Of a stretch of DNA of 64,000 bases, positions 61,260-64,000 are shown in pieces (positions within the stretch are counted from its first letter, which is position 1; each line of letters opens with the position of its first letter). Location of the stretch: assembly GCF_006345805.1 (NCBI RefSeq), contig NC_043001.1, positions 89,094,001 to 89,158,000 of the forward strand. The letters are read 5' to 3'. The translations under genes and the position numbers were made by a program. Source of the stretch: Octopus sinensis (Eukaryota). The notes below the pieces were generated by a model. It was not told the DNA's origin and searched no databases. It saw nothing but the letters and a program-made list of their open reading frames with translations.

Positions 61260-62160
61260 TTAACCCTTTGTTACAATATTTCCATTGAAATACACTGCTT
61301 TTGTGTTGATTGATTTTTAAAATAATGAAAAATTTATTTATATTAACTTCATAATTATTAAGCTGGTGAGGGTGGTGAGCTGACAGAATCATCAATGCAG
61401 TCAAACAAAATGTTTAGTGGCATTTCTTCTGGCCCTATACATTCTGATTTCAAATTCCATCCAGGTCAGTTTTGCCTTTCATCTTTTTGGGGTTGATAAA
61501 ATAAGTACCAGTTAAGTACTGGCATTAATATATATTTCTTTATTGCCCACAGAGGACTAAACCTAGAGGGGACTAACAAGGACAGACAAAGGGAGCAAGT
61601 CAATTACATCGACCCAGTGTGTAACTGGTACTTATTTAATCGACCCCGAAAGGATGAAAGGCAAAGACGACCCCAGCAGTATTTGAACTCAGAATGTAAT
61701 AGCAGACGAAATACCTATTTCTTTACTACCCACAAGGGGCTAAACACAGAGGGGACGAACAAGGACAGACAAACCGGATTAAATCGATTATATCGACCCC
61801 AGTGCGTAACTGGTACTTATTTAATCGACCCCGAAAGGATGAAAGGCAAAGTTGACCTTGGCGGTATTTGAACTCAGAACGTACCGGCAGATGAAATACT
61901 GCTAAGCATTTCGCCCAGCATCCTAACAATTCTGCCAGCTCGCTGCCCTATACTGACATTAATATAACCAACTAACCCCTCTCCTCAAAATTGCTGGCTT
62001 TGTGCCAAAATTAGATAGAATTATTAAGCTACTGTTGGAACATAAATTAACATGAAATTTTAAGGGAAAGTTTTAAAATCTAGATCATATAAAAATGAAA
62101 ATGTATGAATCATGCAACTCAAAGCTGTCTGAGGCAGGTTGTTATCAAAAGAGTTGATGT
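61260..62160 (+). mobile_element. Nested stack: piggyBac-like MITE > SINE (+) > SINE dimer (-)
   Basis: 12-bp TSD AATTATTAAGCT at 61353 and 62019; inner 16-bp TSD TACTG(G/A)CATTAATATA around 61533-61948. Confidence 0.75.
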
Positions 62161-62239
62161 GTACTTTTGTATATTTACAAAGTAATCCATTCACAACCTT
62201 TTTAGCAGCCACATAGAAACTGCACTTCATTAAAGGTGT

Positions 62240-63060
62240 CAGAAAAGAAGGGAGAAATATATCCACAGTATTTTGGATCATTTTCACTTGCTGCATTGAG
62301 AGGAAGGATTAGTGCCCATGGTTTTTTGAAGACCCTCCAAGACTGATGAAATGATTGATGTCATTAATGCTCCTCTTGAACCTCCATAAGTTAATGCCTG
62401 AGATAAAGACATGAGCAGAGAAGGGACTCTAGAGTGTCAATATCCTGGGATTAGTGATTAGTGTGAAGGTTGAACTCAACAAGGATGATGAGAGGAGGAG
62501 AGGTGAGTGGAATAAAAATTCCTGATTAGAGGTAAAATGAGCTCAACCAGGGGGAAAGATTGCAAGTGGAAGCAGTGAATGTATGAGATAGAGTCTAAAG
62601 CATGTACGTGAGTGATTTCATGCCAATCAACTGGGTGGCCCTTCTTTAGATGCAGTCTACAAAGTTTGGATGCAGCAATACCAGCACCATTCCAGGTGTG
62701 AGAACAATGATGTATTGTGGACCTTATCTGAGCTTTGAATAATATCAATAATTGTGACTGTCTATCGTCTAACCCTGAAGAGAAAAGCCTGTTGTTGAGA
62801 TGCAATCCTTGCTAACATACTTGCTAAAGATGAACTTCTGCCAGGAGAGATCCTTGGTCATAGTGAGACCCAACAATTAAGGCAATTGTTGGGGCTCTAC
62901 TTGAATGTTGTTCATGATCAAGACAGATTATGGTACTCTGATGTTTTTACTTGATATGAGTTGCATTTATATTTTGTTGTTGAAGGAGACGAGATTAGCA
63001 TATCCCTATTGGTAGATCCTTTCATGATCCTTGTTCAGTATATGTTCATGAGAAGATAAC
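62240..63060 (-). pseudogene. Old CR1/Jockey-group LINE 3' remnant
   Basis: QLLILFKAQIRSTIHHCSHTWNGA resembles the consensus QLL.LYKAQIRP.MEYCSHIWGGA. Confidence 0.6.
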
Positions 63061-63642
63061 ATTAGTCAACTAATATTATTCTTATTCTCACCCCATATCT
63101 ATTTTTAGTTTAGATATTTAATGCTCCGTGAATTAAATATGTTGACACCTTTTTCTCTATTCTTTAAATGTTTTGTTACCTTTGACTCATCAACCTATTT
63201 TAATAATTATAATGACAGATTCATTAGAGCAATGGACAAAATGCCGTGCAGTGTATAGTTACTGTTTTCTTATGACTCTTAAGTCAAATCCCATTGAAAT
63301 CAACTTTACTTACCATCCTCTTAGGTTGTCGTAAAACACTGAGCCAAATTTATCTACTGTACCATTCCTAAAATTGACTCCCTTGTGCCAGTGTTAGAAA
63401 TCAATAAGTATCAATTTTAATCAATTCTAGTTTGTCTCTATCTGTTAACTTGTTGCAAAAAAAAAATTAAAATAAAAAAAGAAATACGGGGCTGCTGTCT
63501 TATTAGCTTGTATCCCTTCCTTAAATGAGTCATTTATGTAAGTATTGTGTCTTCTTAAAGAATACTCATTGGAATATAACATGTAGTCATTTTTGAGTTT
63601 CACTCTCTCTCATTATCTGATAGATACATACTACCATGCACA

Positions 63643-63647
63643 TTCTC

Positions 63648-63692
<45 letters not shown>

Positions 63693-63697
63693 ATCTC

Positions 63698-63772
<75 letters not shown>

Positions 63773-63912
63773 CCAGCTATTTATCTATTTATCTGTCTCT
63801 GTATCTCACTCTTTATCTATCTATTTGTCTGTCTGTTTAGCTATCTATTTATCTGTCTATTTATCTATCTCCACCTGTTTATTTGGTTGTCTCTCTTTAT
63901 CCCACTCTTTAT

Positions 63913-63955
<43 letters not shown>

Positions 63956-64000
63956 AATATCTCTCTTTATCTATCTGTATCTCTCTATATATACCTACCT
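63643..64000. repeat. (CT)n/(ATCT)n compound microsatellite; many other (AT)n, (AG)n, (GT)n and (CAT)n tracts occur throughout the window
   Basis: Direct inspection. Confidence 0.97.

Overview
AT-rich, repeat-saturated animal genomic DNA. The SINE/LINE repertoire and microsatellite load look cephalopod (Octopus-like), which is an inference from recalled repeat families and not a database result. I can support no host protein-coding exon: nearly all listed ORFs are microsatellite or SINE read-through, and the recognisable proteins are transposon remnants. These are RTE-clade LINEs (one near-full-length copy at 33.3-36.8 kb, 5'-truncated copies at 44.9-47.6, 10.7-11.3 and 17.2-18.2 kb, and BovB-like relics), CR1/L2-like LINE fragments, mariner and hAT relics, MITEs and many tRNA-derived SINEs. 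The most notable hidden signal is about 13 type I hammerhead ribozyme motifs from roughly 7 sequence families (CTGANGA...GAAA..NTH with palindromic stem III). They sit in Penelope-like terminal-repeat fragments, often as inverted pairs or perfect palindromes, and no Penelope ORF is visible in the window. Other notable structure: a 13-copy 86-bp array fused to the 5' end of the long RTE, a 4-fold tandem amplification of an RTE stop-codon/3'UTR unit, a ~3.9-kb palindrome and two microsatellite-bounded tandem duplications (possible assembly artefacts), and a CpG-retaining block at ~20.6-33 kb with candidate outward-facing splice donors.
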